Shown here one piece after another: positions 27,826-37,686 of a stretch of DNA of 64,000 bases (positions are counted from its first letter, which is position 1; every line of letters begins with the position of its first letter). The position numbers and the translations under genes are program-made. This stretch comes from a virus, in the IMG/VR virus record IMGVR_UViG_3300032053_011398, one strand, 5' to 3'. The notes beneath the pieces were generated by a model, which was given only the letters and a program-made list of their open reading frames with translations, ran no database searches and was not told where the DNA came from.

Positions 27826-29479
27826 GGCCCAGGTAGATATTGCTGGCTTGGTTGGGCGTATTCGTAATTGTGATCTTGTCGTCCCACTGGCGCAGCCTCG
27901 GCCCGACTGCCGTCCCATTGGTCACAAATCCAGGAACGTCCACGGGTGGTGCCCCAGAGATCACCTGCGTTGGATGGGTGCCATAACTGGTAAAAGTTCC
28001 GGCGCTGTTGACGGTAAGCACCGTGTCCGCCGCCAGCCAATTCACTGTGGCCGCAGTCGGCACTGAGCTAAGGCTGGGGAGCACCAGGGTAATCGAACCC
28101 AGCCAGCGGGCATACTGAACGAACTTGAGGACGCACAAACCGTGGCCAATCGCCGCATCCGCCACTTTAAACTCGGTGAAAGTAGTGGTTGCGGTGCCAG
28201 GATAACTGAGCGGTATGCTAGCGTAAGGCCCATCCCCATCCATTGGCAAGAAGTCGGCCTCGACGTAAGCCTTTCCCGTGACGGTATTGAAGCCGTAAGT
28301 CGTCAACGGTGCGCCGAACATCAACTGCCAGCTCGTGTTGCCTGGAGGCACTTGATCCCAGCGGGGCGGAGGCACGGTCGGATTGATGGCGACATAGGTA
28401 GAAGTAACACCGCTGGCGGAGTAGTTGACCACATCGTTCAGCGCGTAAGGCGTGCTTGGATTGTCCACGGGCGGATTGCCCCAAACGCCACGATAGCGAA
28501 AACCGTCCGCGCCCTTGGCCGCAATCAAATCCCAGTCAGCAGGATAGCCGACCGGATCATGGCCTATGGCTGAGACCGTGACTACGCACACGTAGGAACT
28601 GCCCAGATATTCCACGCCATCGTTCAAGGCGTAAGCCAGGACCGGATCATAGATGCCCTTCCAATCAAACCCTGGATCACCTTTCTGAGCCAGATATTCC
28701 CACCAAGTGCTACCGTCGAACGGGGTGTTGCCCGTGTTGCCTGAAGCCTGGGACTTCCAGCAGGAGCCGTCCCAAAACACCACGTCCAAGGCACCATACG
28801 GAGTTGATGGATTGTAAGTCGATCTCCAGGCCAGGCCCGGACTTCCCGCAGGACCGACCCCCCCGCCTGCCCCGGCCTGCCCCGGTGGTCCAGCAACGCC
28901 AGGAGGCCCTGAAGGCGCGATTGTGACCGAAGCCAGGAGGAATGCGGACGTGGCCCCCAGGGGCCGCATGGTCAACAGGATCGAGGCGATCATCTCCAAG
29001 GTCGAGCCGCCACGATTCTTGAGCGTAATGATGAATTCGCCACTGGAGTAAAACTGAGTGCCGCCCGTGTATTCGACGGACGTGCTGACAATCTGAGCGC
29101 CCGTCGAGTTCCCGAAGCTGTTCGGCGTGTAGTAAATGTCCAGCTCGGCGCTGGAGGAGGCTGGGATCGAGGTCACGATGGCGTTGAGCACGCGGCACTC
29201 GAAGCCGGGCGGGATGCGGAAATTCTGAATGATCTCCTCGGCGTTGGGCGGGAGCGTCGTCCGCAGCACCGGCAAGGGCACGAACTGTTCTTTATTGTTT
29301 ACAATTTCTATCACTTCGTTGACTTTCGTGGCAATGGCCACGTCGCGCTGGGCCAGGTGTCGCGTGGGCCGGGAAATGCCCGGCACATCCATTGCGTCGC
29401 CTTCCGTGAAGTGCCTTACATCATTTTCTCCCCAATTGATAGCCGCTGCATCAGGTATGCTAATAGGATTTATAGCCAT
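27803..29479 (-). CDS. Tail fibre-like protein with a collagen segment and carbohydrate-binding-type repeats
   Basis: GPPGVAGPPGQAG collagen triplets; three (W/Y)..(Y/W)....Y...D.V...G..(W/Y) repeats. Confidence 0.75.
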   Translation of the reverse strand: MAINPISIPDAAAINWGENDVRHFTEGDAMDVPGISRPTRHLAQRDVAIATKVNEVIEIVNNKEQFVPLPVLRTTLPPNAEEIIQNFRIPPGFECRVLNAIVTSIPASSSAELDIYYTPNSFGNSTGAQIVSTSVEYTGGTQFYSSGEFIITLKNRGGSTLEMIASILLTMRPLGATSAFLLASVTIAPSGPPGVAGPPGQAGAGGGVGPAGSPGLAWRSTYNPSTPYGALDVVFWDGSCWKSQASGNTGNTPFDGSTWWEYLAQKGDPGFDWKGIYDPVLAYALNDGVEYLGSSYVCVVTVSAIGHDPVGYPADWDLIAAKGADGFRYRGVWGNPPVDNPSTPYALNDVVNYSASGVTSTYVAINPTVPPPRWDQVPPGNTSWQLMFGAPLTTYGFNTVTGKAYVEADFLPMDGDGPYASIPLSYPGTATTTFTEFKVADAAIGHGLCVLKFVQYARWLGSITLVLPSLSSVPTAATVNWLAADTVLTVNSAGTFTSYGTHPTQVISGAPPVDVPGFVTNGTAVGPRLRQWDDKITITNTPNQASNIYLGLIGFRSY

Positions 29480-29481
29480 AT

Positions 29482-30165
29482 TTAATAATCTCCGGTATGT
29501 CTGTAATTGTGACAGTTAGCACAGAGCATCCTGCATTTCACTAGCTCTGTCGCTATCGCTTCAAGCGATGATTTGTGCAAAAGCTTTGAAATTATTACTT
29601 CCTTAGATGCAGGATCAACGTGATCGAACTCAAAACTGGCTGCATTCTTACCGTTATAGGCCAAACCACATTGACAGCATACATTGCCAAAGAATTCCAT
29701 GCAGAGTCGCTTGAACTCATGAAATCTGTCTCGACTCTTTTTACGCTTCGTTTGGCCCCATTTTCGCTCTGCTGCAAGGTGCTCTGCTTCGGTTTTCCAC
29801 TTCAAGTAGTGCCCTTGAGCAAACTTCTTTGGTAAGCCACAGGATCGGAAAGCTGGTATTTCCGCTCCACACCCACAAGCACACAGGATTTTTGGAGCAT
29901 TTGACTGCCATTTTCGGGGTTGAACGACCAAGTTCTCCCTACGCATGTCATAGGAGTCTCCGTTCGCGTGTTTTACCAAAGTGTTGGACCGATTTAACAG
30001 GATTCCCGAAATTAACCATTTCATCCAAACAGTCCGAATACCCCTTCGATAATCCCTGGAATAAGCCACTCCGTGTTTATTCACATGCCAGGAATAACCG
30101 GCCACTTTTTCAAGATCGGCGTCATCCAATAGCACTCTGTGCCCCTCTATTTGCAGTTCAGCCAT
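29482..30165 (-). CDS. HNH endonuclease with two nuclease-like halves
   Basis: VLLDDAD...HANGDSYDMRRENL; CACGCG; CCQCG...FEFDHVDP...CRMLCANCH. Confidence 0.8.
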   Translation of the reverse strand: MAELQIEGHRVLLDDADLEKVAGYSWHVNKHGVAYSRDYRRGIRTVWMKWLISGILLNRSNTLVKHANGDSYDMRRENLVVQPRKWQSNAPKILCACGCGAEIPAFRSCGLPKKFAQGHYLKWKTEAEHLAAERKWGQTKRKKSRDRFHEFKRLCMEFFGNVCCQCGLAYNGKNAASFEFDHVDPASKEVIISKLLHKSSLEAIATELVKCRMLCANCHNYRHTGDY

Positions 30166-30179
30166 AACGCTTTAATTAC

Positions 30180-30524
30180 TCAGCCATACCAGTTCAAGTG
30201 CCGGGTGTTCATCCACTCCCGGTAAATTTTGAACCTGTATCTTATTCTTGGATCAAGGATGTAGGTCTGCTTCTGCTTGACAACGCCCCGATTGGGCGTG
30301 CGCCGGAAGCCCATCGTTACGGTGCGGGCTTCCTGCCACTGAGGCACCAAAGCTCCCAGCCTTCCGATGGTGACTTTACTGCCATCTGCGACGCCTTCCT
30401 CAAAGGTCGAGACCATTGTGCGGTAAAGCTGGCAGGCCACATCATAAGTGACGCCGCACTGCTGCATCCACTTGCGGATGAAGTCTTGCCGGTTGATGGT
30501 CTTCTTTCTTTCGGTCAGGCTCAT
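30180..30524 (-). CDS. HU/IHF-like DNA-binding protein
   Basis: INRQDFIRK...GSKVTIGRLG...R..RFK fold pattern. Confidence 0.7.
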   Translation of the reverse strand: MSLTERKKTINRQDFIRKWMQQCGVTYDVACQLYRTMVSTFEEGVADGSKVTIGRLGALVPQWQEARTVTMGFRRTPNRGVVKQKQTYILDPRIRYRFKIYREWMNTRHLNWYG

Positions 30525-31234
30525 GATTGCGTGAATGGCAGTGAGAGATTAAAGGTAGTCTGGTTCATCCGGGATAGGAACTTGGCGTTGACCAAGACCG
30601 CCCGTGCGCTCTCTCGGATCACTACCAAGGACTCTAGGGTGACCCGTGGCTCAAACTGGTTGATGGCCTCGTCGATTTCCTGTTGGATGATGCTAGTGAC
30701 GTTACCGTCGTTTGGCTCGAAGACAACCCGACGCAGGTTGGTGCCGTAAGTCGGGTTCATGACCCGCTCGCCCTTGCTCGTGATAAGCAGCATTTTCACC
30801 GATGACTTCAGCACATCCAGATTGATGCCCGTATGAAAGTTCCACTCGATTTCATTCGGAAACTTATCGTCCATGGGGAGGATGGGACCGAACAGGTAGC
30901 TGTCCGTGGTAGGAACAAGCTGTTCCGGCTGAACTACGATGGTGATGTAGTATGCGGCCAAGCCTGGGGTCGGCATCTGGTAGTTGTAAGCCAGGAGGGT
31001 AACATAGTAGGTGCCCAGCCGCAGCTCGCGGGTCTCGTTGATGTTTATAGGTTTCTGGCCGGGCGCGATCTGAACAGGCGGGCTGCCATCGTTCCAGTCC
31101 AGCGTGGTTCCCACGGTGTTCAGAGCCGGATTATTGTCCGTAACCGAGGCGGTCAGGTGGATGACGCCATAGTCCTTGCCCGGCAAAACCATCTGGTTCA
31201 CCGTGTGCGCCAGGTCGCAAGTGATCGTGAGCAT
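30521..31234 (-). CDS. Baseplate wedge subunit gp25-like with an N-terminal PKD-like domain
   Basis: LLITSKGERVMNPTYGTNL..VFEP...AINQFEPRV; LDWNDGS. Confidence 0.85.
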   Translation of the reverse strand: MLTITCDLAHTVNQMVLPGKDYGVIHLTASVTDNNPALNTVGTTLDWNDGSPPVQIAPGQKPININETRELRLGTYYVTLLAYNYQMPTPGLAAYYITIVVQPEQLVPTTDSYLFGPILPMDDKFPNEIEWNFHTGINLDVLKSSVKMLLITSKGERVMNPTYGTNLRRVVFEPNDGNVTSIIQQEIDEAINQFEPRVTLESLVVIRESARAVLVNAKFLSRMNQTTFNLSLPFTQS

Positions 31235-31236
31235 TA

Positions 31237-33150
31237 CTACATCCTCTCCGGGTAGAATTGCCGGTAAGGCTGTGCGGCCTTCGTTTCGTTGAGCGGGGCT
31301 GGGCCAGACTCAGGAGGACTACCAGCTTCGCTCTGGCGCTTCAGTTCCATCGGGTGACGGCCATAGGAGGAGACGATCACATCCCAGTCACCAATCTGCT
31401 TCTTCATGGCCATGCCCTTCACGCTCAGCATGTTTTCGTGGAGTTTGCGGTGAGCGCGGCTGCGGGCGGGAGCCGCTTCGCCTTTCAATCCCTGGCGCAG
31501 CTCCTCGCACAGGTTAACCAGCTCACCATTCTGGCGCACCTTGTCTTCGATCTCGCGCAGGATGCGGTAGCTGTAGGGAGCAGGTCGTTTTTGTAAACTT
31601 TCCATAGCTGGCTCCTCGATTTCGTTGGGGAGCGCGGTGATGAACATGTTGACAACCTCATCGGGCAGTCTCATGTAGCGTTTGAAAATCGTCTCGACCC
31701 AAGCTTCGCGGGGAAGGTTGTATTTGGCCATCACGTCGGCCAGGATGTCCATGACCTCAGCCTGCTGGCGCAGCATCTCCAGCTTCATCTGGTCTTCCAG
31801 CGACCCAATGGGCGGCATCATCGCCTTGATGTCCAGCTCACGGATGTCCTTGCCCTTGAGCACGGCATGGAAGTATCCGAGCCAGGTATAACCGTTGAGC
31901 AGCGGACGGCGGATGCCCTTGATCTTCCGCAAGAACCGCATGTCCTGGGCCAACAACGCCTTGCCGGACATGGCCTGGTCGCCCCCGCCGCTGCCGGTCT
32001 TGGCCCCGAACCAGGAGCGCGGCATACCGATGATCGAGTAAAACAAGTCGGTCAACAGCTCGATGTCGTAAACATCGGGGATGTTCTGCGTGCCCTGGAG
32101 CTTTTCGATGGTGTGCTCGAAGCCGGTTGGCTTGGCGACCCACAGGATCGTGTCCAGCGACCAGGCGTTGTAAAAAGCCTGGAAGCCCATCGGGTCGGTT
32201 AGGTCGGAGGTCAGCCCCGTGCTGCCTTGGTTCTGGAGGCCGAAGGACAACTTGCTGCGGAGCGTCTGCTTCCACCGTTGCACGGTCTTCATCTGCTCCA
32301 TCGGCGGCTGGTCTTTGGTGTCGATGTTGATGACATAGCGGTCGGGCTGAACCTGGGCGCGGTGAACGACCATCTGGTCGATGGCCAACCGGAGCTTTTT
32401 GTAAATCCCCTGCGCCTCGTCGAAGATCGGCTCGCCATGTTCGCTGATGCGGAGGCGATACATGCGGCGGAAGTGGAGCATGTCCCAGGGATACCAAAGC
32501 TCCTCGATGTTTTGTCCGTCGCTGATGGCCACGCGCTCAATAGGGGTCTTGTTGTCCGGGTGAACAAACGCGGCCTCTTTACTGGGCTTGTGACCCGTCC
32601 AGCGAAAGCCTACGACCTTGCGGTTCCGTTCGAGCCAGTAGCGGCGAATATCCATCGGATGGATGAACGACATGCCCATCACGCCCTCGCCAGGGGCGTA
32701 TTCCAACTTCTCAAAGTGATTGCCCAGGGCAGAAACGTAGTAAACTTGGGACGGCAGCAGTTCCTCAGCGTTGAGGTTAATGAGCATTCCATTCAAATCG
32801 TCCTCAAACTCACGGTCGTTGCACTGATACCAGAGAGTGGCTGGGCTATTCTGGTCTTGCTGCGTAGCTTCGTCAACAATTTCCACTAGGGCGGCAGCCA
32901 TCATGTCCCACCCTGCCATTTCATCCCACAATTGGAGCATCGCGTCGAACGTGACCGGACGGCGCATGTAGGCGTTGAACCTTGACCAGACATCGGGATT
33001 GGCGACGCGGCCAGCCTCCTGAAAATCCTTGAATAGCTCTTGATCTGCTGTGGGCGTGCCAGCACGCGGGACGAGGCTTCCGGTGGGCTGCCCGGATGTG
33101 CCGATCATCCCCAAATATTTTAGCAGGCTTGTCGCAGTCGTGTTTGCCAT
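31237..33150 (-). CDS. Portal protein, T4 gp20-like
   Basis: AALVEIVDEA, HFR, MVVHRAQVQPDRYVINIDT, IEKLQG, DMRFLRKI. Confidence 0.85.
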   Translation of the reverse strand: MANTTATSLLKYLGMIGTSGQPTGSLVPRAGTPTADQELFKDFQEAGRVANPDVWSRFNAYMRRPVTFDAMLQLWDEMAGWDMMAAALVEIVDEATQQDQNSPATLWYQCNDREFEDDLNGMLINLNAEELLPSQVYYVSALGNHFEKLEYAPGEGVMGMSFIHPMDIRRYWLERNRKVVGFRWTGHKPSKEAAFVHPDNKTPIERVAISDGQNIEELWYPWDMLHFRRMYRLRISEHGEPIFDEAQGIYKKLRLAIDQMVVHRAQVQPDRYVINIDTKDQPPMEQMKTVQRWKQTLRSKLSFGLQNQGSTGLTSDLTDPMGFQAFYNAWSLDTILWVAKPTGFEHTIEKLQGTQNIPDVYDIELLTDLFYSIIGMPRSWFGAKTGSGGGDQAMSGKALLAQDMRFLRKIKGIRRPLLNGYTWLGYFHAVLKGKDIRELDIKAMMPPIGSLEDQMKLEMLRQQAEVMDILADVMAKYNLPREAWVETIFKRYMRLPDEVVNMFITALPNEIEEPAMESLQKRPAPYSYRILREIEDKVRQNGELVNLCEELRQGLKGEAAPARSRAHRKLHENMLSVKGMAMKKQIGDWDVIVSSYGRHPMELKRQSEAGSPPESGPAPLNETKAAQPYRQFYPERM

Positions 33151-33157
33151 ACGCTTT

Positions 33158-33164
33158 TAACTAC
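33158..33164 (-). promoter_or_regulatory. GTAGTTA motif 7 nt upstream of the portal ATG
   Basis: Recurrent motif in a short divergent intergenic region. Confidence 0.65.
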
Positions 33165-33210
33165 CGAAAAGAACGGGAACCCTTGCTAACGATTCCGTTC
33201 TATCGAGCGT

Positions 33211-33423
33211 ATGGCTGAAAAAAAGCTCAAAGAATACATCGTGTCGTTTAGGATTCCGAAGGACCAGGCAACTATCGTGAGCAAAATGCTGGTCGATCAA
33301 CCAATCTTGGGTGTGAAGTCCGTCAATCAGTTTTTCCGCAAGATTGGCCGTGACCATCTGGCGGGAAGGCTGGCATACAAGAACCCTGAGCACGCGAGCA
33401 CTGACACGGACATTATGGACTAA
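33211..33423 (+). CDS. Ribbon-helix-helix DNA-binding protein
   Basis: YIVSFRIP strand followed by two helices (SVNQFFRKI). Confidence 0.65.
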   Translation: MAEKKLKEYIVSFRIPKDQATIVSKMLVDQPILGVKSVNQFFRKIGRDHLAGRLAYKNPEHASTDTDIMD

Positions 33424-33740
33424 ACTCTCTGCGCCTTCTGCGTCAAAGGGTTAAGCTCAAAATGAACGTCCAACTCGAACGTCGAAGTGCTCTCATGATC
33501 GGCAACGCGGCACGGTATCCGCACCGTGATCTTGTCTGCGTCAATCTTTTCAACCACTGCCAGTTCCACGCTTAGCGGCTCGTCCTGTTCCTTGATCGCC
33601 TCCAGCAACGCCTCCCGAAAACAACCAGCCCGGCACTCAGACTGAATCCACGCCGACAGCGGAGGCTTGGGAGAACGGTCATCCTCGATGTAAGTGCCTG
33701 CAATCCTTCGGGCAATCTCGGATGGAGTCACACTCATCAA
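33420..33740 (-). CDS. Hypothetical protein
   Basis: Coupled ORF in a small operon. Confidence 0.6.
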   Translation of the reverse strand: MMSVTPSEIARRIAGTYIEDDRSPKPPLSAWIQSECRAGCFREALLEAIKEQDEPLSVELAVVEKIDADKITVRIPCRVADHESTSTFELDVHFELNPLTQKAQRV

Positions 33741-34168
33741 AAAGCGTAGTCGTATTCCTCGCCAGGAAAGTCCTCCGGCTTCAGCTCAAGTTGAATACCG
33801 GTGCGGGCTTGGCCGTCCTTCACGAACCGAAAGAGTTTAGGCTCTCGCGGAGCGGCAATTAGCCGAAGGAGCGGCGTAATCACTTCCTGGGGAAGACGGC
33901 GGAAGGAGAGCTGGACAATGACCTCATCGGTGGGCGCTTCGGGCTTTTCCCGTTCCTCAGCCTCGTTGAACACGCCGTCTTCCACCTGGTCATCGGTATT
34001 ACTTTCGATTCCAGGCTTGAAAACAGCCACGTCCGCCAGATTGGCCATCAAAGCTTGTTGCGAGTGAAGACGGAGCATAAGCCGATTGACATAGACCGAA
34101 ATTTTCTTGTCGATACTCGCGTCCGCCAGCTTTTCGACCAACAATATGGCCAGTTCTTTGTAGGTCAT
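33737..34168 (-). CDS. Hypothetical protein, possible head protein
   Basis: GTAGTTA 4 nt upstream; N-terminus MTYKELAILLVE resembles the T4 capsid-targeting sequence style. Confidence 0.65.
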   Translation of the reverse strand: MTYKELAILLVEKLADASIDKKISVYVNRLMLRLHSQQALMANLADVAVFKPGIESNTDDQVEDGVFNEAEEREKPEAPTDEVIVQLSFRRLPQEVITPLLRLIAAPREPKLFRFVKDGQARTGIQLELKPEDFPGEEYDYAF

Positions 34169-34371
34169 GCTCTAACTACGTCCTGCAAGTCGAACTTGTT
34201 GCGCGGGCAAAAATACTCACCAAGGGCTTGGGTCACGACCTGGCGGAGCCACTTACGATCCAACTTTGGACGAATCGGCAGCCACGAGGGGACTTCGGCA
34301 GTGACCTCGCACACCATCCATCCGTTCACTTTTAAGCAGTAGAGCCGCACAACAATAACTCGCACACTCAA
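34165..34371 (-). CDS. Hypothetical protein
   Basis: ATGA overlap with the next gene; start uncertain. Confidence 0.5.
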   Translation of the reverse strand: MSVRVIVVRLYCLKVNGWMVCEVTAEVPSWLPIRPKLDRKWLRQVVTQALGEYFCPRNKFDLQDVVRA

Positions 34372-34469
34372 CAGAACGGAACAGAAAGCAGCGCCGAGTC
34401 GCGCCTAAGCGCATTATGGATCAATTTGTCACTACTATTAACTTGCTGGATTTGGTTCTATACGGCGGT

Positions 34470-35030
34470 ATGCCAGCACGGATTGAACGCAAGTCCGGCG
34501 ACCACAATGGGCGCTTAACCCTGGTCAAAGAGTCGGAACCCGACCGCTGGGGCGGTCGGCAGTTCCTTTTCAAATGCGATTGTGGCAGTGAAGTCGTTGC
34601 CCGGTGGGGGATTACGAGGAGCTGCGGGTGCCTCCAGCGAGAAACGACAATTCACATCACCAACTATAAAAAGCGTCTTGGTTGTGGCGAAGCCTGCTTG
34701 AACTTTGTTTACAACCGCTATCTCATGCGGGCACGGAACAAATGCCTTGAGTTCGTCATCAGCAAGGCCCAGTTTTTGGCACTGACTCAGCAGGCGTGCC
34801 ACTATTGCGGGTGTCCTCCCAGCAATATCGAGACAAAATACCACGATGCCTACGGCACGTTCACGTATAACGGTCTTGACCGGGTTGATCCCAAACGCGG
34901 CTACCTGCTGAGCAACGTGGTGCCGTGCTGCCGAATCTGCAACGTGGCTAAATCTATCATGACAAAAGAGGAGTTCATCGCTTGGATTGAACGTGTTCAT
35001 AATCATCAATATGCGTGCCTTAGTGTATAG
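34470..35030 (+). CDS. HNH homing endonuclease (CxCG/SCGC family)
   Basis: KCDCG, TRSCGC, CHYCG, NGLDRVDP..GY..NVVPCCRICNVAK. Confidence 0.85.
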   Translation: MPARIERKSGDHNGRLTLVKESEPDRWGGRQFLFKCDCGSEVVARWGITRSCGCLQRETTIHITNYKKRLGCGEACLNFVYNRYLMRARNKCLEFVISKAQFLALTQQACHYCGCPPSNIETKYHDAYGTFTYNGLDRVDPKRGYLLSNVVPCCRICNVAKSIMTKEEFIAWIERVHNHQYACLSV

Positions 35031-36045
35031 CGATTTACAGGCGACGGACGGCCACGAACGCTGTTTTGCGGACCCTAGCCGATCTCTCCAACTCTGGAGA
35101 ATAGACCGGTTTTTCAAAGAACTGAAACGGATATACCGCGAGCAAAAATGTGACGCCCTCTTTGATCTCGGTGATACTACGGACGACAGAAGCGCAATTC
35201 CGGTGCCAGTTATTGACCTTTTATGCGATCACTTGAAGGAATTTAAAGGGGAATGGAATCTAAAATTAGTGGGCAACCATGAGCAATGGTTACGCTCGCC
35301 AAAAATCCACGCCGGGAAGATGTTCCGGGCCTTTTTCCACGTCGTGGACGGCTGCGAGGCCGTTCCGTGCGGAAACGTAAACATTTTGTGCATTAGCTAT
35401 CACGACGACGAACGCTCGATCACGGATTTCTTGCGGCTGAACCGGCCCAAAAGACCTGCGCTGCTCCTCGGCCACTTCCAGGTCGCCGGGTGCCAGATGC
35501 CTGCGGGCACGGCGGCAGGCGGTTTCTCCAGGGGAGCACTAGATTTTGTAAACATTGGCCTGCTTGGACATATCCATAAGCCGCAAGCCCTCGGCAAGCT
35601 TCATTACGTCGGCTCCCCCTTCCAGCAGGATTGGGGCGAGTCCGGGGAAGCCAAGCGCGTGGCCATTGTGGACATCCAGGGAGGCCGGATAGACGTGTCC
35701 TGGGTGCCCCTGGAGGGCTTCCCGGCCTATCGTCAAGTGTCGCTCGACGATTTCCTGGTCAGCGTCAAGGCGGACTCGGAGGATCGCTACAAGGTCGTCT
35801 TGAAGGACATCGCGGAGGCTGAGCGGTATTATGCCCATCCCCTGGCTAACCGCGCCGACGAGGCCATCTACGACTTCGAGATGACCGTCGCGGGGAACAA
35901 AGAAGGGGAAGTGGGCAACCAGCCGATCCCGCGTTCCAAGCAGGACATCATGCTCCGATACTTAAAGCAAAATCCGCCGCAGAACGTGGGAATCGTCCTG
36001 GAAGACGATGCCATGCTGGCCTACGGGGATCAGATTTCTAAATAA
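35011..36045 (+). CDS. Recombination nuclease, T4 gp47/SbcD/Mre11-like
   Basis: SDLQ, LGDTTD, GNHE, GHF, LGHIHKPQ, YVGSPFQQDWGE. Confidence 0.85.
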   Translation: MRALVYSDLQATDGHERCFADPSRSLQLWRIDRFFKELKRIYREQKCDALFDLGDTTDDRSAIPVPVIDLLCDHLKEFKGEWNLKLVGNHEQWLRSPKIHAGKMFRAFFHVVDGCEAVPCGNVNILCISYHDDERSITDFLRLNRPKRPALLLGHFQVAGCQMPAGTAAGGFSRGALDFVNIGLLGHIHKPQALGKLHYVGSPFQQDWGESGEAKRVAIVDIQGGRIDVSWVPLEGFPAYRQVSLDDFLVSVKADSEDRYKVVLKDIAEAERYYAHPLANRADEAIYDFEMTVAGNKEGEVGNQPIPRSKQDIMLRYLKQNPPQNVGIVLEDDAMLAYGDQISK

Positions 36046-36119
36046 TCCGTTCTATTCGTTTGTGGTCAATGCGGGCACGGTCGGTGCGGATGCGTGGTGG
36101 TCAGTGCGGAGTCGGGCGC

Positions 36120-36365
36120 ATGAAAAAGCTATTACCACTCGTGCTGCTGGCGCTCACTGGGTGCGTGCCCCTGGGAAAGAGCACCCACCTGGTTCTCGGC
36201 CTCGGAGTGTTCCGCGTAAACAATACCAACCAGGTGACCGTGGTCAAAGCCAACACGCTGGGCGTTTACGCCGGGTCTGGCCGTGTAAACGTGGGCCTCT
36301 CCAGCGTTGTGGCGGCGAGCATCCCAACCAACAGCAGCACGATCCTGGAAATTAAAGGTAGGTAA
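36120..36365 (+). CDS. Small lipoprotein
   Basis: MKKLLPLVLLALTGC lipobox signal. Confidence 0.75.
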   Translation: MKKLLPLVLLALTGCVPLGKSTHLVLGLGVFRVNNTNQVTVVKANTLGVYAGSGRVNVGLSSVVAASIPTNSSTILEIKGR

Positions 36366-36370
36366 GTTGT

Positions 36371-36784
36371 ATGAGAAAGCTGCAAATTCTTTTCCTCGGC
36401 GCGGCTTTGGCACTCTGTGCCACGGGCTGCAAAAACCTGAACTCGGTCATCACCACGACCCAAACGGGCCTGGGCGTCAGCGTTTCGGAAAACCCATCCA
36501 CCCAGCTCTACGAGATACGCTTCGGGTATTTCAGGAGCGAGTTCGCTTTCGTCCCCGGCAATACCAACGACCCAGCCACGGTGCCCGACGTAATAATGGA
36601 GATTCGGATGGAGCACATCATCAAGGGTGGACTGGTTTACCAGCGCCTCGCAGTGGGCAAAAATGCCATTAGCCAGCCGGGGGCTTCTCTGATGTTCGCC
36701 AGGGACGCCAATGGCAACCTGAGCAGCAACGCAATTGATTTTATCACCCGCAAAGTGAACAACATCCCGGAAGCTCCGAAATGA
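36371..36784 (+). CDS. Lipoprotein
   Basis: MRKLQILFLGAALALCATGC lipobox signal. Confidence 0.75.
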   Translation: MRKLQILFLGAALALCATGCKNLNSVITTTQTGLGVSVSENPSTQLYEIRFGYFRSEFAFVPGNTNDPATVPDVIMEIRMEHIIKGGLVYQRLAVGKNAISQPGASLMFARDANGNLSSNAIDFITRKVNNIPEAPK

Positions 36785-36936
36785 ACACACGAGTCTTCCG
36801 CATTGACATGGCGACGGTCACCGATCTGGCCAACAGCATCGTGGTCCTCTGCAACAAGCAGCTCACCGAGGGGTTCAATTTGGCTGCCTCCTTCGTCTGG
36901 CAGACCAATCTCGTGCTGATTTTCCAAAAGGTGTAA
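36781..36936 (+). CDS. Small hypothetical protein (51 aa)
   Basis: ATGA overlap; MNTRVFRIDM...LIFQKV; below the ORF-track size cut-off. Confidence 0.6.
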   Translation: MNTRVFRIDMATVTDLANSIVVLCNKQLTEGFNLAASFVWQTNLVLIFQKV

Positions 36937-37070
36937 ACAAATTCTATCCCATCGAAGCGCCTTAACTCTCAATAGTGTTAGGCATCTTAAAAAGTGCTCG
37001 CGTGGTTACTTGTGATTAAGGCACTCCAGGCCAAGCCGGGAGTGCAAAACGCAGCAAAAACACATAACCT

Positions 37071-37613
37071 ATGAATCAAGCAAGTTTAGTTCCCTTTGGA
37101 ACAGACGCAACCCGGCTTTCCGGCTACGCACAGACGGCTAACGAGCGCCTGGGCGCGGTGGATTTCATCTTTGAAAACACCGGCTCAATCGCGGCCTACA
37201 TCCGCGTCAAACAATATGTGGCTCCCACCACAACCCCATCCGGCTACGCTGACGTGACGCCACTTGGCATCGGCGCATACGTCGGGCCGGAAATCACGGT
37301 TGCCGCACGGGGTGCCGTGACCCGCAGCTACAACCTCCTGAGCAAGCGCATCGGCTTCTTCGGGTCGGGTGTCGCCGCAACAGTCAACGGCATCGTCGTT
37401 CGCTCGACCACTGTCAACATCACGGCTGTCCTCCGCAACAAGAGCGACATTCGTGGGGCACAGATCGACATCAGCCAGGTCAGTCGTCAGGGCTGGGGCT
37501 TCGACCCGGCCTTCAACACCCCGAATCTCACCAAGAAGTGGGGTTCCCTCGACGCCACAACCGGCCAGCTCAACCCGGACGGTCTCAATTACAACGAGCC
37601 TGCCGCATCGTAA
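37071..37613 (+). CDS. Putative abundant virion structural protein (decoration-like)
   Basis: Appears monocistronic, with a 5' hairpin (37021-37045) and a strong terminator; beta-rich, T/G/A-rich. Confidence 0.6.
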   Translation: MNQASLVPFGTDATRLSGYAQTANERLGAVDFIFENTGSIAAYIRVKQYVAPTTTPSGYADVTPLGIGAYVGPEITVAARGAVTRSYNLLSKRIGFFGSGVAATVNGIVVRSTTVNITAVLRNKSDIRGAQIDISQVSRQGWGFDPAFNTPNLTKKWGSLDATTGQLNPDGLNYNEPAAS

Positions 37614-37646
37614 GCTTTTCGCGGACAAAGGCAGTCATACAGTCGC

Positions 37647-37674
37647 AGGCCGGGCCGAATGGCTCGGCCTTTTT
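37647..37674 (+). terminator. Rho-independent terminator
   Basis: AGGCCGGGCC-GAAT-GGCTCGGCCT followed by TTTT. Confidence 0.8.
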
Positions 37675-37686
37675 GTTCTTCCTGGC

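Noticed and set aside
36120-36784. Rz/Rz1 spanin pair
   Set aside because: No inner-membrane-anchored coiled-coil partner, and no adjacent holin or endolysin in this window.
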